DNA from: Candidatus Binataceae bacterium
GTDB lineage: Bacteria > Desulfobacterota > Binatia > Binatales > Binataceae
Length of the DNA stretch: 40,986 bases
NCBI GenBank assembly: GCA_050736455.1
Contig: JBOHWF010000227.1
Coordinates: forward strand, 1-40,986
Direction: 5' to 3'
Below, one piece after another: positions 17,638 through 25,561 of this stretch. Position numbers and translations under genes: made by a program. Each line of letters begins with the position of its first letter. The stretch's first letter is position 1. The notes under the pieces are model-generated. The model saw only the letters and a program-made list of their open reading frames with translations. It was not told where the DNA came from and did no database searches.

Positions 17638-17674
17638 GGCGTCCGCGACGCGTCAAGTCCGAGGAAAATGAAGA

Positions 17675-19975
17675 ATGGCTACTGCGGTTTCCACGAATCC
17701 GACATGGGACGGCAAAGTCTACCCATACGTCGCGCCTGCTCAGCTCAAAATCGACGCGAGCCTCAAACTCCATCACGAGGCCGCGGCGAATTTGGACCCG
17801 ATTACGTACGAAGTTCTGCGCTACGCCTTGTGGAATCTCAACGTCGAGCACGGCAATACGATCGTGAAGGTTTCGGGCTCGCCGATCGCGGCTTACAGCC
17901 ACGATTTCAATCCCGCGCTGCTCGACGAAAATGGCGATTTCGTGCTGTTTGGCCCGTTCCTGCAGTACCTTTCGTCGGCGCTCGGCTCGGCGGTCAAGTG
18001 GACCATGGAGTATCGTTCGGCTAGCCCCGGAATCCACGAGGGCGACATCTTTCTGACCAACGATCCCTGGGTCGGCGCGACTCATCAGTCCGACGTCGCC
18101 CTGCTCGCGCCGGTCTTCTGGGAGGGCCAACTGTTCGGCTGGGTCGCCAACTCGCTGCATCAGTGGGACATGGGCGGCACCTCGCCGGGCGGCTTCAATC
18201 CAATCGCCGAGGACGTCTTCTGGGAGTCCGCGGTGATTCCCCCGATCAAGATTGTCGAGCGCGGCGTGCTGCGCCGCGACCTCGAAGAGAGTTACACGCG
18301 CCATTCGCGGATGCCCGCCCTGGTCGCGCTCGATCTGCGTGCGGAAATCGCCGGATGCAACGTCGCGCGCGAACGCTTGCTCGCGCTGATTAAGCGTTAC
18401 GGCGCCGCCGTAGTCAAAAGCGCGATGCGCAAGCTGCAGGACGATTCCGAAAAGGCCTTCGTCCGCCGCCTCGAGACCATCCCCGACGGCTCCTGGAGCG
18501 CCTCAACCTGGCTCGAGCTCAAGGCCGCCGGCGATCGCCATCTCTACCGCAATGCGCTGACGCTCACCAAGCGCGGCGACAAGCTGATCTTCAGCAACGA
18601 GGGTTCTGCCCCACAGGAAGGCGCATTGAATTGTACCTATATCGCCTGGCGCGGCGCGATCGCCTCGATGGTCTCGGTGCAGATGCTCTTCGACCAGATG
18701 TTCGCGGTCGAGGGCGCTTACCGCCACATGGAATTCGACGCCACGCCCGGCACGATCAGTTGCGCGCTCTTTCCCGGCGCGGTCTCGTCCGGCCCGGCGC
18801 TCACCGTTATGCAGACCATCTCGCTCGCCAGCCTGGTCCTCTCGAAGATGCTCGCGAGCTCGTCCGACCCCGAATTGCGCGGCGAGGTGATGAGCCTGAT
18901 GGGCACGCCGGCTTTTCCGATCGCGGCGATGTCCGGCGTGAACCAACATCAGAACATGTACGCTTCGTTTCTGCTCGAGCCGCTCGGCGGCGGCTTTCCC
19001 GCGACCTCCTACCGCGACGGCGTCGATACCGGCGGCCTGGCTTTCGACATGCAAAGCATGATGCCCAATGCGGAAGAGAACGAGTGGTTCTATCCGATCC
19101 TCTATTTGTGGCGCAAAGAGCTGCCCGATTCGGGCGGCGCGGGCAAATATCGCGGCGGCAACTCCGGACAACTCGCGATCGTCGCGCATGACACCGATCG
19201 CGTGAACATGTACCTGGCCTCGGCCCATAACGCGATCCCGGGCCTCGGCCAGTTCGGCGGGATGCCGCCGGGGCCGTCGCACTATCTGATGTATCGCGAC
19301 GAGGGCGGCATGGCGCGGGCGCGCGAATCGGCGCACATACCCGGCGATACGGCGCAGTTGAACGGCGCCGCCGAGCGGTTGCCGCCCAAGGCCTACGGCA
19401 TCCAGCTCGGTCCGCGCGACGTCTTCGTGATGGGCTGGAGCGGCGCGAGCGGTTATGGCGATCCGCTCGAACGCGATCTTGAGTTGATTGCGAAAGACCT
19501 GCGCGAAGGGTCGGCGACCGCGGCCTGGGTCGCGAAAATCCACGGCGTCGTGTTTGACCACAACGGCGCGATCGACGCGGCGGCGTCGGCCGCGCGCCGC
19601 GCGGAGTTGCGACGCGCGCGCATAATCAATGTTCCGGAACGGAAACGGCGCGACAAAATCGAAGTTGCCGCCGCCCGCACCGTCGCCGAAAGCCTCGTGC
19701 TGGCCCACGTCGGCGGCGAAACCCTCCTGGGCTGCAAGCGCTGCGGCGAGGCGCTCTGCGCAGCCGACGAGAATTATAAGGAATACTGCGCGGTGTCCGA
19801 GACTGCCGTCGCGTCGGTGAATCCCTACGCGATTGATCCCCGCACCTTCGTCGACGAGGAGGTGGTCTTCCGCGGCTACGCCTGCCCCGGATGTGGCGTG
19901 ATGCTGGCGACGGGCATCGAGCTCAAAACCGACCGTCCGCACTGGGATCTCCGCTTCGAGGTCACTAGCCGCTAA
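17675..19975 (+). CDS. Hydantoinase B/oxoprolinase family protein (acetone carboxylase alpha-like) with a C-terminal CxxC...CxxC region
   Basis: 766 aa with NDPWVGATHQSD and the overall hydantoinase_B pattern. The C-terminus carries CKRC...CPGC. The RBS GAGGAAA precedes the ATG at 17675. Confidence 0.88.
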   Translation: MATAVSTNPTWDGKVYPYVAPAQLKIDASLKLHHEAAANLDPITYEVLRYALWNLNVEHGNTIVKVSGSPIAAYSHDFNPALLDENGDFVLFGPFLQYLSSALGSAVKWTMEYRSASPGIHEGDIFLTNDPWVGATHQSDVALLAPVFWEGQLFGWVANSLHQWDMGGTSPGGFNPIAEDVFWESAVIPPIKIVERGVLRRDLEESYTRHSRMPALVALDLRAEIAGCNVARERLLALIKRYGAAVVKSAMRKLQDDSEKAFVRRLETIPDGSWSASTWLELKAAGDRHLYRNALTLTKRGDKLIFSNEGSAPQEGALNCTYIAWRGAIASMVSVQMLFDQMFAVEGAYRHMEFDATPGTISCALFPGAVSSGPALTVMQTISLASLVLSKMLASSSDPELRGEVMSLMGTPAFPIAAMSGVNQHQNMYASFLLEPLGGGFPATSYRDGVDTGGLAFDMQSMMPNAEENEWFYPILYLWRKELPDSGGAGKYRGGNSGQLAIVAHDTDRVNMYLASAHNAIPGLGQFGGMPPGPSHYLMYRDEGGMARARESAHIPGDTAQLNGAAERLPPKAYGIQLGPRDVFVMGWSGASGYGDPLERDLELIAKDLREGSATAAWVAKIHGVVFDHNGAIDAAASAARRAELRRARIINVPERKRRDKIEVAAARTVAESLVLAHVGGETLLGCKRCGEALCAADENYKEYCAVSETAVASVNPYAIDPRTFVDEEVVFRGYACPGCGVMLATGIELKTDRPHWDLRFEVTSR
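19867..19959 (+). repeat. Direct repeat B (authentic 3' end of the hydantoinase B gene)
   Basis: CTTCCGCGGCTACGCCTGCCCCGGATGTGGCGTGATGCTGGCGACGGGCATCGAGCTCAAAACCGACCGTCCGCACTGGGATCTCCGCTTCGA recurs at 21705-21794. Confidence 0.8.
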
Positions 19976-19989
19976 GGTAACGGGGCTGC

Positions 19990-20571
19990 TCACATCTGCG
20001 CCAGCCCGTGCGCGACGAATAGCGCCTCCTCAGGCGTCGAGGACCGACGGAGGATCGCGTTGCGGTGCGGAAAGCGGCCAAAGCGGCGAATGACTTCCAT
20101 ATGCCGCTCGGCATACATCAGGTACCCGGCCATCGCCGGAGCCCGAGCGAAGAGCTGGCGATGGAGACGCACCGATTCGCGCTGGTCATCGAGGTTCTCG
20201 CTATGTTCGAACGGTAGATAGACGAAGGCGCGCTCGACTTCGCTAAGCGCGAGATCGAATTGACGGGCCACCGCGTGCTTCGCCAGTGCCAGCGCCTTAT
20301 GATCGGTCGCAAACGCGCGCGCCGTGCCGCGGAACATATTGCGCGGAAACTGGTCGAACAGAAGAGTCAGGGCCAGCGCACTTCGTGGTTCGTTCCGCCA
20401 ATCCTGGAGGCTGCCCGCGTCCGCAAGCTTATAATCGGCGAGAAACCCGTCAGTACATGCCTGGTCGAAAGCGGGGTCCGGCACGAACCACACCCGTCGC
20501 TGGCGCGTCGGGCGCTTGCCGGGGCCGAACCAGAACTCCAGAATTTCCGCTACACGCTGTTCCGCCTCCAT
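19990..20571 (-). CDS. DUF924 family protein
   Basis: ILEFWFG...ALTLLFDQFPRNMFRGTARAFATDHKALALA is the DUF924 signature. The start is placed at the ATG at 20571 (MEAEQRV...). The upstream 59 codons of the track ORF look non-coding. Confidence 0.8.
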   Translation of the reverse strand: MEAEQRVAEILEFWFGPGKRPTRQRRVWFVPDPAFDQACTDGFLADYKLADAGSLQDWRNEPRSALALTLLFDQFPRNMFRGTARAFATDHKALALAKHAVARQFDLALSEVERAFVYLPFEHSENLDDQRESVRLHRQLFARAPAMAGYLMYAERHMEVIRRFGRFPHRNAILRRSSTPEEALFVAHGLAQM

Positions 20572-20772
20572 GCGCGCTCTCCATTGATTTTGCGACCATC
20601 GAAATTTGAAATTCGTAGCCTTCCCGCGCCTCAATCGCGATCGGTTTCTGATTACAGGCGAATACTTACTTGACTGTTCCCATCGTTTCGCGCGTGTGGC
20701 CTCAGGATCGTTGACGGAGCGCCGCTTCACAAGTATTGGAATTGACAAAGATTAATTGCGTTGAGTGCAACA

Positions 20773-21657
20773 ATGGATCTGAACCGACTCAGCCTGTTTA
20801 TACGGATCGTGGAGACCAGGAGCTTCACCAGGGCCGCTGCCGAGCTCGGAAAAACCACCTCCAGCGTGAGCCGCGCATTGATGCGGCTTGAACAAGAACT
20901 TGGAGTGCGCCTGTTGCAGCGGACCACGCGAAAACTCAGCCTCACCGCGGTCGGTCGCGCCTATTTCGACCAGGTGAGAGGGGCGCTGGCGCGCGTAGAG
21001 GAGGCGAGCACGTCGGCCCATGCTATGGGAGAAGAACCGCGCGGTGTCGTGCGGGTGACTGCGCCCCCTTCGCTCGCCAGTTCACTGATCCCGATGGTCG
21101 CCGGGTTTTTGCGGGAATATCCGAAAATTCGCGTGGAACTGTCGTTCTTCCAAAGAACCATCGATTTGATCGAGGAAGGCTTCGATCTCGCAATCCGCGT
21201 AGGACGTCTCGGAGATTCATCGCTGATCGCGCGCAGAGTCGGAAACTTGCGTGGGGGACTCTTCGCGAGCCGCGAATACGTCCGGCGCAGAGGCCAGCCA
21301 CAACGGCTCGCCGATCTGGCCAAACACGACTGCGTGCTGTTCAGGGGTCAGGATGGCAAAGCAATTTTGCGCCTGCTCGACGGCGAGCGCGAGCACCGAG
21401 TTGAGGTCACGGGACCATTCACCGTGGACGAGATTCCGGCGGCCCACCAGGCCGTTCTCGCGGGTGTCGGAATCGGACCCATCTCTTTTTTCGTTAGCGC
21501 GCGGATGCGCGGCCTCGTCCGCATTCTTCCGAAGTACGCGACCGCCGATATCCCGGTGAGCTTGGTCTCGCCGAGCAAGCGATTGGAGCCCGCCAGCGTC
21601 GTGCTGATGCGCGATTTTCTGGCCGCGAAACTTACCCGCCTAAGCTGGCGCGGGTGA
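20773..21657 (+). CDS. LysR-family transcriptional regulator
   Basis: HTH region MDLNRLSLFIRIVETRSFTRAAAELGKTTSSVSRALMRLE followed by a LysR effector domain. It is divergent from the DUF924 gene. Confidence 0.85.
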   Translation: MDLNRLSLFIRIVETRSFTRAAAELGKTTSSVSRALMRLEQELGVRLLQRTTRKLSLTAVGRAYFDQVRGALARVEEASTSAHAMGEEPRGVVRVTAPPSLASSLIPMVAGFLREYPKIRVELSFFQRTIDLIEEGFDLAIRVGRLGDSSLIARRVGNLRGGLFASREYVRRRGQPQRLADLAKHDCVLFRGQDGKAILRLLDGEREHRVEVTGPFTVDEIPAAHQAVLAGVGIGPISFFVSARMRGLVRILPKYATADIPVSLVSPSKRLEPASVVLMRDFLAAKLTRLSWRG

Positions 21658-21704
21658 GGATCTTAACCAAACAATTTCCAGGTTAGCGCGGTGCGCGACC
21701 TCGC

Positions 21705-21800
21705 CCTTCGCGGCTACGCCTGCCCCGGATGTGTGATGCTGGCGACGGGCATCGAGCTCACAACCGACCGCCCGCACTGGGATCTCCGCTTCGAACGCTA
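21705..21800 (+). pseudogene. Orphan remnant of a hydantoinase B 3' end (direct repeat B')
   Basis: It reads ...RGYACPGCVMLATGIELTTDRPHWDLRFER*. Relative to 19867-19975 it has a 1-nt and a 3-nt deletion and a few substitutions. No upstream ORF is attached. Confidence 0.75.
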
Positions 21801-21843
21801 GGCGAAATCCCGCGGCGCCGAAGACGCCAGGCGCTGTCGGCGC

Positions 21844-22332
21844 CTAAACCTTAGTGTCGGGTCCGAGGCGCGCGAGAGCCGGGCCGTCGAGCCGCCAGAG
21901 CGTCCAGTGCTCCTGAGGGGTTGCGCCGAGGTCGCGATAGAAGCTCTGCGCCGGCGTATTCCAGTCGAGCACCGCCCAATCCATCCGCGCCCATCCGCGC
22001 TCCGCGACGATCGCGGCCAGCCGGCGCGTCAGCGCGCCGCCGACGCCGCGGCCGCGATATTCGTCGCGGACGAAGAGATCTTCGAGGTAGAGGCCCGGGC
22101 GGCCGCTCCAGGTCGAGTAGTTGCGAAAGAACAGGGCGAAGCCCGCGGGGGCGGCCTCGTACTCGGCGAGTAGGCACTCGAAGGGCGGATCGTCACTCGC
22201 CATCTGTACGCGGAGGTCGTCAGCCGTGACCTTGACCGCGTCGAGATCGCGCTCGTATTCGGCAAGCCCGCGGATGAGACGGACTACGATGCGAGCGTCG
22301 TCCGGGGTCGCGAAGCGGATCGTCAAAGCCAT
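21844..22332 (-). CDS. GNAT-family N-acetyltransferase
   Basis: 162 aa with acetyl-CoA motif A, FVRDEYRGRGVGGALTRRL. Confidence 0.85.
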   Translation of the reverse strand: MALTIRFATPDDARIVVRLIRGLAEYERDLDAVKVTADDLRVQMASDDPPFECLLAEYEAAPAGFALFFRNYSTWSGRPGLYLEDLFVRDEYRGRGVGGALTRRLAAIVAERGWARMDWAVLDWNTPAQSFYRDLGATPQEHWTLWRLDGPALARLGPDTKV

Positions 22333-22727
22333 CGGGGAGAACCTCTAAAGGGCAGGTTAGAGCATCGGACGAGCGAGTGAAACGCGCGCCTCGGTGCGTC
22401 ACATCTTCGTCGCTCGAATTTTGGCTTTAGCCGCCTTTTTTTGCCGGTTCGGAGTGCGCATCTGAGATGGGCGGTGCGACCGTCGAGGGTTTAATCCCGT
22501 CAGCGGCGGGCATAGCTCGTGCTTTAGTCCGACGCTGAAGGACGCTGGGGGCGCGGAGGATGATTTGGGACGGGGGGAGTGCAGGAAGGCGAGGGGAGGG
22601 CGCGACGGCGCTCTCCCCGCTCGCTGTGCCGCGCGACGAACGCGTCGCAAATTCCAGCTACGGCGTCGCGCCGGCGATCGGTTTGCAGTCGGGCGATCGG
22701 TCTCCGGCCGGGAAATAGTCGGGTCGA

Positions 22728-23072
22728 TCAGCCTTGCGCCGGGGCATCGCCGTAGCGCAGGACCTGGACCTTTTCGAGGGTGACCAGACCCGAACGGAGC
22801 ATCCCGTTAGCCGCGGCGAGGAACTCGTCGATCTTCGCCTGAGCGTCGACGATTTCGACGACGATCGGCAGGTCTTCCGACAGGCGCAGAACTTTGGCGG
22901 AGTGCAGGCGGCTCGACCTGCCAAACCCCATCGGACCGCGCAGGACCGTCGCCCCCGCCAGATGCATCGCACGCGCTTTGATCACGAGAGCTTCGTAGAG
23001 CGGTTTACCCAGATGATGGTCGCCCTCGCCGATAAAAACCCGCAGCAACATCGCGTCCTTCGGGACTTGCAT
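22728..23072 (-). CDS. DUF190 domain protein (commonly a CrcB partner)
   Basis: LRVFIGEGDHHLGKPLYEALVIKARAMHLAGATVLRGPMGFG matches the DUF190 pattern. The ATG at 23072 lies 4 nt after the crcB stop. Confidence 0.8.
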   Translation of the reverse strand: MQVPKDAMLLRVFIGEGDHHLGKPLYEALVIKARAMHLAGATVLRGPMGFGRSSRLHSAKVLRLSEDLPIVVEIVDAQAKIDEFLAAANGMLRSGLVTLEKVQVLRYGDAPAQG

Positions 23073-23076
23073 CGCG

Positions 23077-23469
23077 CTACGCTCCGCCGCGATTGAGCTT
23101 GAGCCCGGCAAGGTAGCCGAGCCAGACGGCAATCAAGCATAGCACCACGGAGAAGGTGATATTCGCGCCGACCTGGAGCCATTCGCGATCGCGGATGAGA
23201 TTGAAGGTTTCGAGGCTGAAAGTTGAGAACGTCGTATAGCCGCCGCAGATTCCGGTCATCGTGAAGAGCCGCGCGGAAGGCGGCAGGAGGGTGCGTCCCT
23301 CGGGCAGGCTCAGTGCGGCGAGAAAACCAATCAGGACTGCGCCGGTCACATTGGCTACCATCGTCCCGAGCGGGAACGTCCCACCGGCGAGGCGCGCAAC
23401 CAGCCCGCTGCATCCGTAACGGGCGACGCTGCCGAGCGCGCCGCCGATCGCGACCCACAGGTATGGCAT
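23077..23469 (-). CDS. crcB: Fluoride ion channel CrcB/FluC
   Basis: MPYLWVAIGGALGSVARY...GICGGYTTFSTFS, with 4 TM segments in about 130 aa. The start is placed at the ATG at 23469; the track ORF is over-extended. Confidence 0.88.
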   Translation of the reverse strand: MPYLWVAIGGALGSVARYGCSGLVARLAGGTFPLGTMVANVTGAVLIGFLAALSLPEGRTLLPPSARLFTMTGICGGYTTFSTFSLETFNLIRDREWLQVGANITFSVVLCLIAVWLGYLAGLKLNRGGA

Positions 23470-23488
23470 CAGGCGGGCGGCCCTCAGG

Positions 23489-25360
23489 CTAGAAGACCGC
23501 GTACCAGGGCGACTCGCGCGGATCCTGCGGCTGGAACTCGATGCTGAAGGTGTCGAGCAATGTACCTTCGGCGTGCCTAAGCGCGATCCGCGCGTTCTCG
23601 AGGTCAACGTCGGCCTGCACCTGATTTCCCTGCGCCGTCACCAGTTCGCTCTGGAACTGGAGCAGGTCGTGGGTCGTGGCGAGGCCGACCTTGAACCGGA
23701 CATTCTCGTCGTGCAGCGATTTTTCCGCGTAGCGGGCAGCGTCCTCGGTGGCCCGCACACGTTTAACATCGGCCTGCAGGTTGGCGAGGGCAGACTCGAT
23801 CTGTGCGACGGACTGCGACAGCGCTGCGCGATACTGCAAGCGTGACTGCTCGTAGCTGACGCGGGCCTGCGCCAGGGCGGCCTTGGCCGCAGCGTTGTCC
23901 AGCGGCATCTCCATACTCAAAACGCCGGCATAGTTATAGAAACGCGCGTCGAGCGCGTGGTTGAGGGCGTCGCCGTAAATGCCGCCAAAGGGCAGTCGGT
24001 TGCCTAACACTGCCGGGGATGCGGCAGACCCCGGTACGGCTATGCAGTTGGACGTGCTGCTGGCGCTCTTCGAGAAGCTCGCGATGCAATGAGCGGTGCC
24101 GGATATCGCGGTGACACCGAACTGCGCGCCGAGATTGAGCTGCGGCAGGGTCTGGTTCTGGGCGAACTTCACCTGGAGCAATGAGGTTCGGATCGCCTCA
24201 CGCAGGCCGCCAAGCGCCGGGCTATACTCGACCATCTTTTCCAGCGCCGTCTCTTCGGTATCGCGGATCTCGGTAGTGGGATTGGGTGAGTCGGCAGGCT
24301 CAACACTTTGGGGAATGAACGTGCCGTTGGGATTCAGCATCACGTCCTGCCGGAGCTGGGCGCGGGCGCTCTGGAGTGCGGCCTGGGCGGCATAGACGTT
24401 GGCCTCGGCGGTCGACGCGGCGGACTGCGCTTCCTGCAGATCGATCGGGGCCAGCGTGCCGACTTTGAGGCTGATGGCGTTGACGCGCACCAGGTCGCTA
24501 TTGAACTTGAGTGCGGAATCCGCGACCGCAAGATTCTCGGTCGCGCCGACCACGGCCCAGTACTCCTCCCCGATCCGTTGCACGAAATCATTGAGCGCCG
24601 AGCCGTAAGTCCACTGGGCGGTGCGCTGGGCGGATTCCGCCAGATGGACGTTGAGCCGGGCGAAATCCCAGCCAAAGTTGCGCAGCAGCGGCTGCACCAG
24701 CGAGAGCTCCCCGGAAGGCATATAGGAGGGGTTGACCGAGGAGAAAGCCGAATTGGTCAGCGTGCGATTGTTGTCGAAGGTCAGGCCCAGCGTGCCATTG
24801 GTCGTCGCCAGAACTTTGTTGATGGCGAAATTCCAGTCGTAGAACTTCTGCGTGAAGGCGTCGCCGTGCAGCACCTGAAACACCGACGAAACCGGCGTCA
24901 CCTGCTTGGAGACGTCGAGCTGCGAGGTCAAGTCGGGGTCGAAGGCGGCGTTGGCCTGGCGGATCGCCTCGGTCGCTGCGATCGGTTCGAGTTGCGTCGC
25001 CGCGAGCGCGGGATTGTTGCGAATCGCAATATAGATCGCCTCTTTCAGGGAGATTTTGCGCGCATGGTTGTCGGCGGTGCCGAGGTACTGTTCGCTGATC
25101 AGTCCCTCGGGCGGAACGGTCGAGCCGGGCGTGATCTGGGTAACGAAAGCGCCGGGGATCGACAGGATTGGATTGCGCTCGAATTGATCGGCGGCGGAGC
25201 CGGCGACGTTGACCTGCGGCGGCGCGAGGCGGGTCGCGAGGGCAGGCGGCTGCGCGGCGCCGGTGGTCGGCGGAGTTGATTGGGCGGCCGCGCCTGCGGC
25301 TAGCGCGATCGCGATCGGCATGACCCACAGCGCCGACGGCGCTTTTTTGTTCGCGAACAT
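23489..25360 (-). CDS. TolC-family outer membrane efflux protein
   Basis: 623 aa with a signal peptide (MFANKKAPSALWVMPIAIALAAGAAAQ). It has two internally repeated coiled-coil/beta OEP-type halves rich in A/Q/L/N. The stop lies 19 nt before the crcB start. Confidence 0.75.
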   Translation of the reverse strand: MFANKKAPSALWVMPIAIALAAGAAAQSTPPTTGAAQPPALATRLAPPQVNVAGSAADQFERNPILSIPGAFVTQITPGSTVPPEGLISEQYLGTADNHARKISLKEAIYIAIRNNPALAATQLEPIAATEAIRQANAAFDPDLTSQLDVSKQVTPVSSVFQVLHGDAFTQKFYDWNFAINKVLATTNGTLGLTFDNNRTLTNSAFSSVNPSYMPSGELSLVQPLLRNFGWDFARLNVHLAESAQRTAQWTYGSALNDFVQRIGEEYWAVVGATENLAVADSALKFNSDLVRVNAISLKVGTLAPIDLQEAQSAASTAEANVYAAQAALQSARAQLRQDVMLNPNGTFIPQSVEPADSPNPTTEIRDTEETALEKMVEYSPALGGLREAIRTSLLQVKFAQNQTLPQLNLGAQFGVTAISGTAHCIASFSKSASSTSNCIAVPGSAASPAVLGNRLPFGGIYGDALNHALDARFYNYAGVLSMEMPLDNAAAKAALAQARVSYEQSRLQYRAALSQSVAQIESALANLQADVKRVRATEDAARYAEKSLHDENVRFKVGLATTHDLLQFQSELVTAQGNQVQADVDLENARIALRHAEGTLLDTFSIEFQPQDPRESPWYAVF

Positions 25361-25380
25361 CTGAAACAGCCTCCTAACGG

Positions 25381-25404
25381 CCCCCCTTCATCGAGCAAGG
25401 GAGG
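25381..25404 (-). promoter_or_regulatory. Leader hairpin containing an anti-SD sequence upstream of the TolC-family gene
   Basis: The minus-strand RNA reads GCCUCCCUU-gcucgaug-AAGGGGGG, followed by CCGUUAGGAGGCUGUUUCAG-AUG. GCCUCC can pair either within the hairpin or with the SD GGAGGC. Confidence 0.3.
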
Positions 25405-25561
25405 CGTTACCTTCACCCATCGATGTGTGCGAAAGCCGGACGGAAAAACGTCGGCGCGCCGGGTTTTTGGACGACGGCTTGCAACACGCCAGTCGCGCGA
25501 TTATAGCCAAAGGTTCCGGCGGCCTTCTACTCTGTCAGCCGGATTAGGCGAAATTTTTGCA

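Noticed and set aside
18503-19993. 496-aa minus-strand ORF
   Set aside because: It is antisense to the hydantoinase B gene and is a shadow ORF.
20572-20748. 5' extensions of several track ORFs (20572-20748, 23470-23607, 25427-25561, 29696-29935, 32924-33022, 8644-8694)
   Set aside because: The extended N-termini are Arg/Ser-rich, lack similarity to the family and precede an internal ATG with a better RBS. They are treated as ORF-caller over-extension. The GTG at 33022 is kept only as an alternative start.
22487-22501. tRNA T-arm-like hairpin GGGTTTAATCCCGTC resembling the 3' part of the tRNA-Glu at 15291-15368; a possible att remnant of an island spanning 15.4-22.5 kb
   Set aside because: Only about 15 nt are similar and the loop is 6 nt rather than 7. 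No acceptor-stem complement or full cloverleaf exists on either strand, and there is no integrase. This is too weak to call.
23470-23488. Expected fluoride (crcB) riboswitch upstream of crcB
   Set aside because: The gap is only 19 nt. The leader upstream of the OMP gene (25361-25500) lacks the conserved GGnGAUGG / AACCGCC / GCUGAUGA elements by eye. Infernal is needed to be definitive.
24308-25279. 323-aa plus-strand ORF and 246-aa minus-strand alternative frame within the TolC gene
   Set aside because: They are shadow or alternative-frame ORFs with Arg/Gly-rich composition.
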